From positions 42,103 to 106,102 of IMG/VR virus record IMGVR_UViG_3300036790_000204: 64,000 nucleotides of DNA. The stretch is one strand, 5' to 3'. This document shows positions 45,627 to 54,994 of the stretch, piece after piece. The stretch's first letter is position 1, and each line of letters starts with the position of its first letter. The notes beneath the pieces were generated by a model. The model saw only the letters and a list, made by a program, of their open reading frames with translations, searched no databases and was not told the DNA's origin. This DNA is from a virus (lineage: Duplodnaviria; Heunggongvirae; Uroviricota; Caudoviricetes). The position numbers and the translations under genes are program-made.

Positions 45627-47864
45627 ATGGGCAATGTCGAGATCATCCTGGGCCTGTTCGACGGCACCGGGGCGCTCGTCACCGAGGGCTCGGCGGTGTT
45701 CACCGCCAACTCGCTGGTGATCAGCCCGGATGACACTGAGGAGATCATCCCGGCGCCGATCTCCATCCCGCTGGCAACCGGGTCGCCCGCCACGGTGCAG
45801 CTCGCCCCGACTGACGGCGGCCAGGTGCCGGCCGGCTGGGCGTGGCAGGTCGCCTTCCCTGGCGTCCCCGGGAATCTCGAGCCGTTCAGCTTCGCCCTCC
45901 CGGCCGGGCCCGCGTCGTTCACCGCAACGCACGCTTCCCCGGCGGTTTTCACGTGGACACCGACCGCGGCGCTGACGGTGCTCCCGAACGGCACCGGCGT
46001 GAAGCTCGCCGGCGGGTCGCTGCCGGCCGGGTTCACCGCCGGAACCCTCTACTACGTGGTCGGCGCTTCGGGGCAGACGTTCCAGCTCTCGGCGACCGTG
46101 GACGGGTCGGCGATCGCGTCGACCGGAACCGGGTCCGGCACGCTGACCGTGTCGCAGATGTACCTAAGCGCGGTCGACCACGTGATCACCCCGCCGGCGT
46201 CGGCGTCGTACCTCCCGGAGCCCGCGGGCACCCCCCCGGCCGGGTGGGTGCCCACCGCGACCGGCGTCGGGCAGGCGTCAGCGTGGGCGCCGCCGGCCGC
46301 TGGCTCGGCCGGCGTGATCCTGGTGGCCGCGTCGAACGCGCCGGCCAGGATCGCGAACGCCGCCGACTACCTGTGCACCGGGACCAACGACCAGGTGACG
46401 ATCAACGAGGCGATAGCGGCGCTGCCGTCCGGCGGCGGCACCGTCCTGCTGTCGTCCGGCGTCTTCCAGATCGCCGCGCCGATCACGATCACCAGCAGCA
46501 ACGTCAGCCTCGAGGGACAGGGCGTCGGCACGCAGCTGCAGGTGCCGTCCGGCTCGAACCTGAACTGGGTCATCGCGCTGACGGGGCAGTACACGGTCGA
46601 GTGCAAGCTGCGCCGGTTCTTCATCCAGGGCAGCTACGGGGACACGAACGGCCACGGCATCTACATCAGCACCCCGTGGGGGTCGACCGACACCCAGCAC
46701 GTCCTCGAGGACATCTATGTAACCAACTGCCCGGGCCACGGTGTGTACGTGCCCGCGGCGGCCGACACGCGCGTTTTGTTGTTCAACAGGGTGCACGTCA
46801 AGAACGTGAAGGGCAGCGGCTTCTACTTCGCGTACCCGTCGCAGACCGACTCGGTGTTCACCGACTGCATCGCCGACACCTGCGGGCAGCACGGGTTCTT
46901 CTGCGGCGGCGCCAACAACTGGTTCCAGAACTGCAAGACGTTCTACTGCGGCTCGTCGGGGTCGCTGTACTTCGGGTTCTTCATCCTCGGCTACAACCAG
47001 TATTTCGAGTCGTGCCAGGCGCAGGACAACTACAACCACGGCTTCTACGGCTCCAACTCGGGTGACGCCACCTACGGGGCGTTCGGCTGCGTGTTCGTCA
47101 ACTGCTCCGGCGACGCCAACGGGCAGAGCACCCCCGCTTCCGGGCTCGTCGGCAACGGCGTGCAGGAATGGCAGGTCATCGGCGGCGTGTGGATGACGCG
47201 CCCCTACGAGACGTCGTGGCAGCAGGAATACGGCATCACCTGGCAGGACGCGGTGACCGGCCCGACCGGGCTGCGGGCCTCGAATAACAACACCGTAATC
47301 GGGGCGCTGTTCCGCAACAACAGCGCCGGCGACATCCTCGACACCTCGAGCGGGGTCAACTACCCGCTGGGGAACGTCAGCGACTCGAACGCCTCGCCGA
47401 GCAGGCTTCAGGGGAAGCTGACGGTCCCGTCGCTGCAGGTGACAGGCGGGGCGGCAGCCGGGAAGGTACTCACCTCGGACGCCTCGGGAAACGGCACCTG
47501 GCAGGTGCCGGCGATCCCGATGACCCGCGTGGCCGGCACCGCGATCGGCGGCTACTCGCTCACGAACGGCACCGGGCAGATGGCCGCGTGGACCGCGCCG
47601 AACGACGGCCAGAACCACCGGGCGCTGATCATCGCCAGCCTGCACGTCACCTCGGCGCAGAGCGGGGGCGCGGTCGAGGTGTTCGCCGACTTCCCCGACG
47701 GCTTCAACGCTGCGCCGCCCTTGTTCGCGGGCGGCCTCGGCGCCGGCGACCACAGCGCGACGACGAGCTGCGTCATCGAGCCCGGCAGCACCGTCAGCGT
47801 CGATCAGATCTCCGCGCAGACGGCGGGCGCCGCGGTGCTGTGGTGCGAGATCTTCGGCTACTGA
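45627..47864 (+). CDS. tailspike/tail fibre 2 (paralog) with a different beta-helix enzymatic core
   Basis: N-terminal 190 aa and C-terminal about 90 aa are similar to the upstream gene. The central GTNDQVTINEAIAAL...beta-helix repeats differ. Confidence 0.6.
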   Translation: MGNVEIILGLFDGTGALVTEGSAVFTANSLVISPDDTEEIIPAPISIPLATGSPATVQLAPTDGGQVPAGWAWQVAFPGVPGNLEPFSFALPAGPASFTATHASPAVFTWTPTAALTVLPNGTGVKLAGGSLPAGFTAGTLYYVVGASGQTFQLSATVDGSAIASTGTGSGTLTVSQMYLSAVDHVITPPASASYLPEPAGTPPAGWVPTATGVGQASAWAPPAAGSAGVILVAASNAPARIANAADYLCTGTNDQVTINEAIAALPSGGGTVLLSSGVFQIAAPITITSSNVSLEGQGVGTQLQVPSGSNLNWVIALTGQYTVECKLRRFFIQGSYGDTNGHGIYISTPWGSTDTQHVLEDIYVTNCPGHGVYVPAAADTRVLLFNRVHVKNVKGSGFYFAYPSQTDSVFTDCIADTCGQHGFFCGGANNWFQNCKTFYCGSSGSLYFGFFILGYNQYFESCQAQDNYNHGFYGSNSGDATYGAFGCVFVNCSGDANGQSTPASGLVGNGVQEWQVIGGVWMTRPYETSWQQEYGITWQDAVTGPTGLRASNNNTVIGALFRNNSAGDILDTSSGVNYPLGNVSDSNASPSRLQGKLTVPSLQVTGGAAAGKVLTSDASGNGTWQVPAIPMTRVAGTAIGGYSLTNGTGQMAAWTAPNDGQNHRALIIASLHVTSAQSGGAVEVFADFPDGFNAAPPLFAGGLGAGDHSATTSCVIEPGSTVSVDQISAQTAGAAVLWCEIFGY

Positions 47865-47950
47865 CCGCTTCGCCCTCAGCGCCATCCTGCGCCGGTGACA
47901 CGCCGTACCCGGCTGTCGCGTTGTGTAACAGAGCCGCCGTCGCTACTCTC

Positions 47951-47985
47951 GTCACACGGAAACACACGCGAACACATCGCGTGAC
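47951..47985. other. candidate attP core: GTCAC-N25-GTGAC imperfect palindrome in lower-GC noncoding DNA next to the integrase 3' end
   Basis: gtcacacggaaacacacgcgaacacatcgcgtgac. Confidence 0.25.
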
Positions 47986-48218
47986 TGTGCTGAGATGGGA
48001 GGCGGTGTGACGGCGGTCCTAGCGGGGTCGAGGCGCCCAGTCGCCCCAACCGACGCCGAGGTCTGCCGCAAAAGGGATCGTCTCGCGGCCCTCGGGCTCC
48101 CCGAGCTGCCGCTTGAGCTCCTGCGCGCCGCCATGAGCATCCCCCCGCCCGGCCCCGAGCTGGCCGCCCAGCTGCGCGGCTGGCTTCCCCCGGCGCCCGC
48201 GCCCGCTCGGCTGACCGC

Positions 48219-49868
48219 CTAGTCCTCCCCGATCCGGATGCGCCTCGCCGCCGGCAGCCTGTTGCCCTTCCCGCACCGCATCAGCCGCAGCGTCCCCGCC
48301 ATCCCCGGCGAGAACACCGCCCGCAAGACGCGCCGCCTCGCTGCGAGCCCGGCCGCCTTCCACCGGGCCGCCACCTCTTCCTCCGGCCCGAGCCAGTCAG
48401 CCAGCTCCGGCGGTGCCGACAGCCGACGGGCCGTCTCCTCGAGTTGCTGTATGGCGGCGACGATCCCCGGCTCGATCTTCGCGAACGACGCCGCTGACAC
48501 CTCCCGGCGCGCGGCCCGCTCCTGCCAGTCCGCGAGATCGGCGCCGGCGGCCGCGAGGTCCGCGCGGACTCGCCGTAGCTCGGGCGCCGCGTCCTCTGAC
48601 GGGGCCAGGGCCTTGGCGGTCGCCGGCTCTGACAGCCATGCGATTAGGATCACGGCCGCCACCGCGTCCATGTCGTCGGCTGCGATCCGGACGTGCGACC
48701 CGTCCCGGCAGGTGTACATCCGGCGGTCGCCCCGGTAGTCGGCCGTCAGCGGCCCCGCGCACGCCCCGCACACCGCGATCATCGACAGCAGGTGCTTCGC
48801 CCCGCCCGGGCGCCTCGAATGCCGCTGCGGGTTGGTCACCAGCGCGTGCACCTCGTGGAACAGCTCCGCGTCGACCAGCGGCGGCCAGGTGCCGGGGACC
48901 GCCCCCGCGAGGGTGCCGCGCCTCGCCCGGCGGCCGCCTTTCTCCTGCGGCTGGTGGACGCGCAGCCCCGCGTAGGTGGGGCTGGCGGCCATGTCCCGCA
49001 GCACGGTGGCGCTGAACGGCAGCGGGGGTTGTTTGGCGGTCCCACGGGTCTTGATGCCCCGGGCGGCGAAGTCGATGGCGATCGCCCGGATCGATTCCCC
49101 GGCCCGCACCCGTTCGAATAGCTCCACCACGATCGGCGCCTCGTGGGGGTGGAGCTCCTGCGCGATCAGCCGGCGGGTAAGCGGGTCGTACACCCGGCGG
49201 TAGCCGTAGGGGACGCGCCCGTGAGGCTCGCCCCGCGCCGCGCACTGCGCTAGAGCCCCCGACACCCGCAGTGAGATCTTCCCCGACTCGTACTCGGAGT
49301 CGGTCGCGTCCTCCATCAGCGAGCGGCGGTCGCGCGGGTTCGACGGGTCGTACAGCCTGCCGTGGGTTGTGACGTAGATGCGGACCCCGGCGTCCTCGCA
49401 GGCGTCCGCCAGTGCCGCCCACTCGCCGACGCGCCGCGAGCCGCGCGACGACTCGTGCAGGATGAGGATCTCCGCGCCGAACGCCCCGCCCTCGAGGTCG
49501 GCGATGAGCCGGTCGTATTCGGCCCGCGCCCGGTCGGTGTACCTCGAGGCGGAGACGGCGTCGGCCTCCCGGTAAAGCTCGCCGAGCGCCCAGCCATTGC
49601 GGGCGGCGTGGGCCGAATTCTCGTCGTGCTGCTTCTCCGGCGACGCCATGCGGCCGGTCTTGTCACGGGAAACCCGAAGGTACTCGCGGGCGCGCTGCAA
49701 CGCGGCGGGGATAAAGTCGCCGGTTGTCTCGGTGCGGGTGGTCACGGAAACAGGATAGGTCACTAAGGAGTGATGAGCCAGGAGATTCCCGCTTAGTGAC
49801 CCTTTGGCCGCCGGGGGCGACCGAGCGCGGCGACGGGTGGAAGAATGCCGGTCATGGCCGACGACCAC
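48219..49868 (-). CDS. int: large serine recombinase (integrase)
   Basis: YLRVSRDK catalytic Ser region, recombinase domain, Zn ribbon C.AC....YTCRDG. The true start is probably the GTG near 49745. Confidence 0.8.
   Translation of the reverse strand: MVVGHDRHSSTRRRARSPPAAKGSLSGNLLAHHSLVTYPVSVTTRTETTGDFIPAALQRAREYLRVSRDKTGRMASPEKQHDENSAHAARNGWALGELYREADAVSASRYTDRARAEYDRLIADLEGGAFGAEILILHESSRGSRRVGEWAALADACEDAGVRIYVTTHGRLYDPSNPRDRRSLMEDATDSEYESGKISLRVSGALAQCAARGEPHGRVPYGYRRVYDPLTRRLIAQELHPHEAPIVVELFERVRAGESIRAIAIDFAARGIKTRGTAKQPPLPFSATVLRDMAASPTYAGLRVHQPQEKGGRRARRGTLAGAVPGTWPPLVDAELFHEVHALVTNPQRHSRRPGGAKHLLSMIAVCGACAGPLTADYRGDRRMYTCRDGSHVRIAADDMDAVAAVILIAWLSEPATAKALAPSEDAAPELRRVRADLAAAGADLADWQERAARREVSAASFAKIEPGIVAAIQQLEETARRLSAPPELADWLGPEEEVAARWKAAGLAARRRVLRAVFSPGMAGTLRLMRCGKGNRLPAARRIRIGED
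49759..49802. promoter_or_regulatory. perfect 10-bp inverted repeat GGTCACTAAG-N24-CTTAGTGACC just upstream of the integrase start
   Basis: Seen directly in the sequence. An extra GGTCAC direct repeat lies nearby. Confidence 0.35.
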
Positions 49869-50185
49869 CCGCAGATAATCTGCGTACTCGAGGTCGACGG
49901 TGTGCCAGTGGACCCTTCGGTACCGCGCTGGTTCACCGCCGAGCCGTACACCGCCGAACCGGGCGCACCGCAGGACTGGTCAGGATGGACCGACCTCGGC
50001 GCGACGACCGACGAGATCCCGCCGGCATTCCGGCGCCGAACTAGCCACCGGGGATAGTCGCCGCGGTGGCCGCCGCCGACGCCTTCCCGTAGGCGACGGG
50101 TACGCTGAGTACACGCTAGTGGGTAATCGTCAGGGTATGTTTCGCGAGTCGCGGTGCTTCATCGTCCGGTGGGAGACTGCTGGTC

Positions 50186-51004
50186 ATGTCCAGTGACACC
50201 ACCGCCCTAGGCGACCGGATGAAGGGCTACGAGAGCGCCGCGCGCCTTACGCTGCCCCGCCGCACGTATACGATCGTCCGCGCTGACATGCGCGGCGCCC
50301 ACAGCTACCTGCGGCGCGCCCAGCGGCCGTTCGACGAGGCGTTCATGAGCGTCATGGACAAGACCGCCGCCGCGCTGTGCGCCGAGATGATGGGGGCGGT
50401 CCTGGCCTACGTGCAGTCCGACGAGATCTCGGTCCTGCTCGCCGACTTCGGGTCGGTCCACGCGGAGCCGTGGTTCGGCGGCGTCGTCCAAAAGATGGCG
50501 TCACTGGCCGCGGCCGCCGCGACGGCCGAGTTTAACGACGAGGCGCGCGACGCGTCGGGCGCCGGCTTCGAGCCGCCGAACTACCGCGCCATGTTCGACG
50601 CCCGGGTCTTCACCATCCCCGACCCGGTCGAGGTCGCCAACTACTTCGTGTGGCGCCAGCGGGACTGCCTCCGCAACTCGGTGTCGATGGCCGCTCAGGC
50701 GCACTTCTCCCACAAGCGGCTGCACGGCCTCAATGGCGGGCAGATGCAGGAGCTGCTGTGGTCGGAGAAGGGCGTCAACTGGAACGACTACCCCGACGGG
50801 GCCAGGCGCGGGCGGATCCTACGGCGGGTGACCGGCGAAGAACCCGTGACCTACACCGACAAGCGGACGCAGCAGGAGCAGACGACGATCGCGATGCGGT
50901 CGCGGTGGGTTGCGTCCGCAGCCCCCTCGTTCACCGCCGCGGCGGCGTCGTTCCTGGCCGAGGCCATTCCGCCGCTGCCGGATCTCCGGACTGTAGCGGC
51001 GTAA
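50186..51004 (+). CDS. Thg1-like protein (tRNA-His guanylyltransferase / 3'-5' polymerase family)
   Basis: TIVRADMRGAHSY, AYVQSDEISVLL, FDARVF...ANYFVWRQRDCLRNSVSM match the Thg1 blocks (RIDGKKF, GESDEYSF, YLSWRYVDTHINNLYN). Confidence 0.65.
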   Translation: MSSDTTALGDRMKGYESAARLTLPRRTYTIVRADMRGAHSYLRRAQRPFDEAFMSVMDKTAAALCAEMMGAVLAYVQSDEISVLLADFGSVHAEPWFGGVVQKMASLAAAAATAEFNDEARDASGAGFEPPNYRAMFDARVFTIPDPVEVANYFVWRQRDCLRNSVSMAAQAHFSHKRLHGLNGGQMQELLWSEKGVNWNDYPDGARRGRILRRVTGEEPVTYTDKRTQQEQTTIAMRSRWVASAAPSFTAAAASFLAEAIPPLPDLRTVAA

Positions 51005-51169
51005 GCTGGACGAGCTGAAGGGGTTCCTAGGTCATACAAGCGACATCGTTCAACTAGACGATCTCTCAAGAGCAGGACGCCGGGCGTTTCGCGAGATCCC
51101 GAGCGGGGGGAATCATCGGCCGCCCCGGTACGCGGCGTGGAGAATCGGGAGTGGCCGCTGCCGCTTGCA

Positions 51170-51406
51170 TCACGCCGTCCCGGTCGCCCCGGCCGCCGCC
51201 GCCAGGGCCTTCCCGTAGGCCAGGGCGTTCCGCTCGCTCGGCACCCGCTGCCCGGTTTCCCACGCGCTGACCGCGGCGCGGGTGACCTTGGCCGCCCGGG
51301 CGACCTCGGCCGCCGAGACCCCGGCCGCCTCGCGGCGCCGTCGCGCCTCGCCCGAACGCAGCTCGGCCCGGATCCGGGCGATGGCGGCGAGATCGGCGGG
51401 GCGCAC
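51170..51406 (-). CDS. HTH XRE-family regulator (Cro/repressor-like)
   Basis: C-terminal 78 aa of ORF 51170..51760: GVSAAEVARAAKVTRAAVSAWETGQRVPS. GTG start near 51406. Its upstream region is lower-GC. Confidence 0.45.
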   Translation of the reverse strand: MRPADLAAIARIRAELRSGEARRRREAAGVSAAEVARAAKVTRAAVSAWETGQRVPSERNALAYGKALAAAAGATGTA

Positions 51407-51608
51407 AACTCGACGGTACGACTGTTGCGGCAGCCGCTTAGTGAGGCGCGCGCGTGGGTGATTCCGGAGCGTCAACGGAACGTCAACAGCCGAGCTGATT
51501 CGCTGCTCTACTAGTGCTCTCGCTGAACGGGCTGCCGACGCTCCGTAGTCGGGCTGATACGCTAGTGCTTCCGAGCAGTAGCAATACTGGACCTGATGGG
51601 AGACCGTT

Positions 51609-52340
51609 TTGACCAGTTCGTTCGACGGTCCGCGCCGGATCGCCCCTCCGCCGGGCACCCCGTCGCCCAACTTCTGGCGCACCTTTCCGCCGGAACTACT
51701 CACGCCCGAAGAGGTGGCGGCCATCATCGGCGGCTGCTCGACTGGCTCGAGGACCGGCATCCGGAACCGCGCTCTCCTGACGCTGTTCTACCGGAGCGGC
51801 ATCCGGATCAGCGAGGCGCTCGGCGCGCCGGCCCGGCCAGAGCAGCGCTACAGGAAGCGCGACGGCGGCGAGGGCATCCAAGCGCCCCGGGCGGCCATCC
51901 CGCCGCTGCGCGCCTCCGGCGTCAACTTCGCCACTCACAGCATCCGGGTACTGCACGGCAAGGGAAACAAGGCGACCACCCGAGGGTTCCACCACACCGC
52001 AGATGACACCCTGGCGCGGTGGATAGACACCCGGAAGGGGATAGGGCCGACCGGCCCGCTGTTTTGCACGCTCGAGGGCGACCCGCTCCGGGCAGCATAC
52101 GTGCGCGAGTTGCTCAAGCGGCTGGCCGAGAACGCCGGGATTGACAAGCGCGTTCACCCGCACGGTTTCCGGCACACCTTCGCCGTCGAACTCCGGCAGG
52201 CCGGTATGGACGTCGGAGCCATCTCCAAGCTGCTCGGACACTCCTCGATCGCGGTCACCACCCGCTACCTTGACCATCTGACCAACGACCAGGCGATCAG
52301 CGCCCTGACCGCCATCGAACTGCCGGACGTGGGCGCGTAG
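51609..52340 (+). CDS. short tyrosine recombinase (catalytic domain only)
   Basis: R..H..R/HxxR, LLGHSSIAVTTRYLD (catalytic Tyr). Confidence 0.55.
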   Translation: MTSSFDGPRRIAPPPGTPSPNFWRTFPPELLTPEEVAAIIGGCSTGSRTGIRNRALLTLFYRSGIRISEALGAPARPEQRYRKRDGGEGIQAPRAAIPPLRASGVNFATHSIRVLHGKGNKATTRGFHHTADDTLARWIDTRKGIGPTGPLFCTLEGDPLRAAYVRELLKRLAENAGIDKRVHPHGFRHTFAVELRQAGMDVGAISKLLGHSSIAVTTRYLDHLTNDQAISALTAIELPDVGA

Positions 52341-52342
52341 CC

Positions 52343-52948
52343 ATGTCGCTCTGCGGGGAGCCCACCGCGAAGGGCAGACCGTGCCGAAGCCCACGTATGG
52401 CAGTTGAGTCGCGGGAATGGTCGGCGTGCAGCCGTCATGCGAGCGCGGCGGAGCGCGACGAATGCCTCATTGCCACAGCAGAGTTTCACGCGAGAGAGGA
52501 AGGCCGGTTCTGGGAGATCCAGCGCGCTCTCCCTGTTGAATGCTGGTCATGGCCCGTCACCGCTGAGCACCGACAGCTAGCGGTGGCCGCGCAGTCGTGC
52601 CCGGATGAGCGCGAAGCGCGCGACATGGCGTGGAAGCTGCTTAGCGGCTGGCAGATGCGTCGTTGCGCAATCTGCGCCGACCAGAGCCGGTTCTTGGATC
52701 ACTCTCACGAAACGGGTCTCGTTCGAGGCTGGCTGTGCCGCTCATGCAACGTCAGCGAAGGATTCGCCGATGTCCCGGGAGGCAGGTTCGAGCGGTACCG
52801 CGCGAAGAACCCAGCCAGCATCCTCGGTCTGCGGATCCGCTACTACTCGACTTTCACCGGATGGGCGGTGCCGGCGATCGAGGCCGCTCCCGACGCGGAC
52901 CGGTCGCCCGGGTACACGCTCGCCAGCTACCTGGCGGGAAGCGACTAG
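52343..52948 (+). CDS. endonuclease VII-family (T4 gp49-like) junction-resolving nuclease
   Basis: RCAICADQSRFLDHSHETGLVRGWLCRSCN. Confidence 0.6.
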   Translation: MSLCGEPTAKGRPCRSPRMAVESREWSACSRHASAAERDECLIATAEFHAREEGRFWEIQRALPVECWSWPVTAEHRQLAVAAQSCPDEREARDMAWKLLSGWQMRRCAICADQSRFLDHSHETGLVRGWLCRSCNVSEGFADVPGGRFERYRAKNPASILGLRIRYYSTFTGWAVPAIEAAPDADRSPGYTLASYLAGSD

Positions 52949-53340
52949 CCGCGCCGGCGCGCCCGGACGATCGCCGCCCTGCCCGACCGCCACCGCCACG
53001 GCGGCGCGATCGGCGCAGGCCACATCAACCGCCGGTCGGCCACGTACTCGCCAGTCCACGTCGACTCGCCGTCACTCCACTCGAGCTGAGCGACCGTGCG
53101 CCGGCCGTCGATATGCCCCATCCACGCCCGCACCCGCACGTGCAGCCGCGACCCGTCGCCGAGCCGAATCGTCCATGGCGCGTTCCGGCCGTCCGACCAG
53201 GTGCCGGGGGCGATGACAGCGGATCCGGCGCGCTCGAGCGCGAGGCGGGACATGGGCGCCCTTAACGGGTGCGACCTGCGGCAACATGGAAAGATATGCG
53301 GATATGCGCGGTCACGGCATCTGGCCGAACGACTCGCCAA
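52945..53340 (-). CDS. hypothetical protein
   Basis: 131 aa. Confidence 0.25.
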   Translation of the reverse strand: MASRSARCRDRAYPHIFPCCRRSHPLRAPMSRLALERAGSAVIAPGTWSDGRNAPWTIRLGDGSRLHVRVRAWMGHIDGRRTVAQLEWSDGESTWTGEYVADRRLMWPAPIAPPWRWRSGRAAIVRARRRG

Positions 53341-53731
53341 GCTCGGCCGCCGCGCGCACCAGGTCGGCCCACTGCCCGGGTGTCAGCACGAACGGCACAT
53401 CGTAAGACGACGTGCTGAGCGCGACCGTGTACGTGCTGCCGGATTCCGCGGTGAAAGGCGCCACCCGCTCGACGTCGAGATCGCTCGGGCCTTCCCAGCG
53501 CGCCGGCAGTGCGGGCACCGTGCGCAGCTGATCCCGCAGCGCGGCCGCCATGCGCAGCTCAGCCCGCAGAGACGCCGCGGCGCGGTTCTTGGCCCGCTTC
53601 TGGCCGCCGATGCGGCGAACGAACTCTGTGGCCACCATTCCGGTTGGCGTGTGGGTGAGCTTGACCAATGCAAGGCTTCCCGCGGTGAGCACCTCAACGC
53701 GGACGTCCGGGGATTCAAGCAGCGGGTCCAT
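53312..53731 (-). CDS. hypothetical protein
   Basis: 139 aa. Confidence 0.3.
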   Translation of the reverse strand: MDPLLESPDVRVEVLTAGSLALVKLTHTPTGMVATEFVRRIGGQKRAKNRAAASLRAELRMAAALRDQLRTVPALPARWEGPSDLDVERVAPFTAESGSTYTVALSTSSYDVPFVLTPGQWADLVRAAAELGESFGQMP

Positions 53732-54400
53732 GCGCCGAGCCTACGGCGCGGCCCGTCGCAGCCGCGATGAGAACCCGGCCGACGTCGGCTCGGCCCCCAT
53801 CGTGAGAACCTCCTGCAGCGCTTCGGTAAGCGCCCGGTTGCCGAGCTGCTCGAGGTCTTCCAGCGTCAGGCCTGTCACGTCGATAAGCGGCGTGGCCAGG
53901 GCGGCAGTGTCAAGGCTCATAAGGCGAGCGTAGCCGGAAACGGCGAAGCCCGGTCATGTCCGCGCCAACGCGCAGTTCCTGACCGGGCTTCCCCTTCACA
54001 TGGCTAGGCCGCCGCGCTTCCCGCGAGGCTCGCGCCCCAATCCACCGCGGCCACTCCAGCGTCCCAGAGCGATCATTAGCCCAAGCGTAGCGCCTTCAGA
54101 ACACGTTGTGCTGCACGCCGCCGTCGCCAATCTGCACGCCGTCCGCCGCGATCCGCCGGGATTCCTCGGCAGTAGGGGGTAGCGATGTCAGCGGCGGAAA
54201 CGACTTCGGAGCGGTGCACCTGAGCGCCACCGAAGGCAGCGCGAAACCGGGCGGCAGCCCCACCTCGGGCGCGAGCAGCACGCCGTTCCGGATCGTCCCG
54301 TACCGATAGTTTCGGATGCGCTCACGGCGGGGCCGGCAGATCAGCGCCAGCATCACCCGGCCGATCCCGATGCCGACGGCGCGGGGGCCGACGCTGACGA

Positions 54401-54994
54401 TCAAGGGATCTCCCTGGAAGGGCTGATCTGGTCGGCTACCGCCGAGAGCCTGACGGCTTCCGGGTCGGGGTGGGGCAGGTCAAGGGCCGGCGCCAGTGCG
54501 CTGCGGAGGCTGTCGGCGATCTCCGCTAGCCAGTGCTCATCGGGCATGCGGCTGGCGGAAAGCTCGCGGACGCGCTCAGGGCTGTCCCAGTCGGGATGAA
54601 CGGCCGCGCGGATCGCCGATGCGAACACCTCGCAGCGGGCCGACACGGAGTCGAGCTCGTCGGCGGCCAGCGGGTTGACGCGCCCCAGATGCGCGGTGCT
54701 CTGCCCGGCAGCGGTCAGGCGCGCGCTCTCGGCGGCTAGCAGGGTCTGGCGGCCGAGCGGCGCCAGCCGGCGCATTATCTCGTGCAGCAGGTCGAGATTG
54801 CGCATCTCCCGTTCGGCCACTGTCGGATCTTCTGTTAGCGCCGCTGCGACCGTCCCAATCGCGTCTAGAGCTCTTTGCCGCGCCGCGGCGACAGCTGATG
54901 GCCCGTCGGCCTGTATCCGGTCGGCGAGCGAGCGGAGGGCCGCGGTGCGCCGCTCGGGGGTGTCATCAGGTCGCAGGATCATCAGAGCCGCCAT
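54401..54994 (-). CDS. hypothetical protein
   Basis: 197 aa. Confidence 0.3.
   Translation of the reverse strand: MAALMILRPDDTPERRTAALRSLADRIQADGPSAVAAARQRALDAIGTVAAALTEDPTVAEREMRNLDLLHEIMRRLAPLGRQTLLAAESARLTAAGQSTAHLGRVNPLAADELDSVSARCEVFASAIRAAVHPDWDSPERVRELSASRMPDEHWLAEIADSLRSALAPALDLPHPDPEAVRLSAVADQISPSREIP

Noticed and set aside
47995-48222. 75-aa plus-strand ORF converging on the integrase stop
   Set aside because: High-GC, Pro/Ala-rich and convergent with the integrase. It is more likely noncoding att-region sequence.
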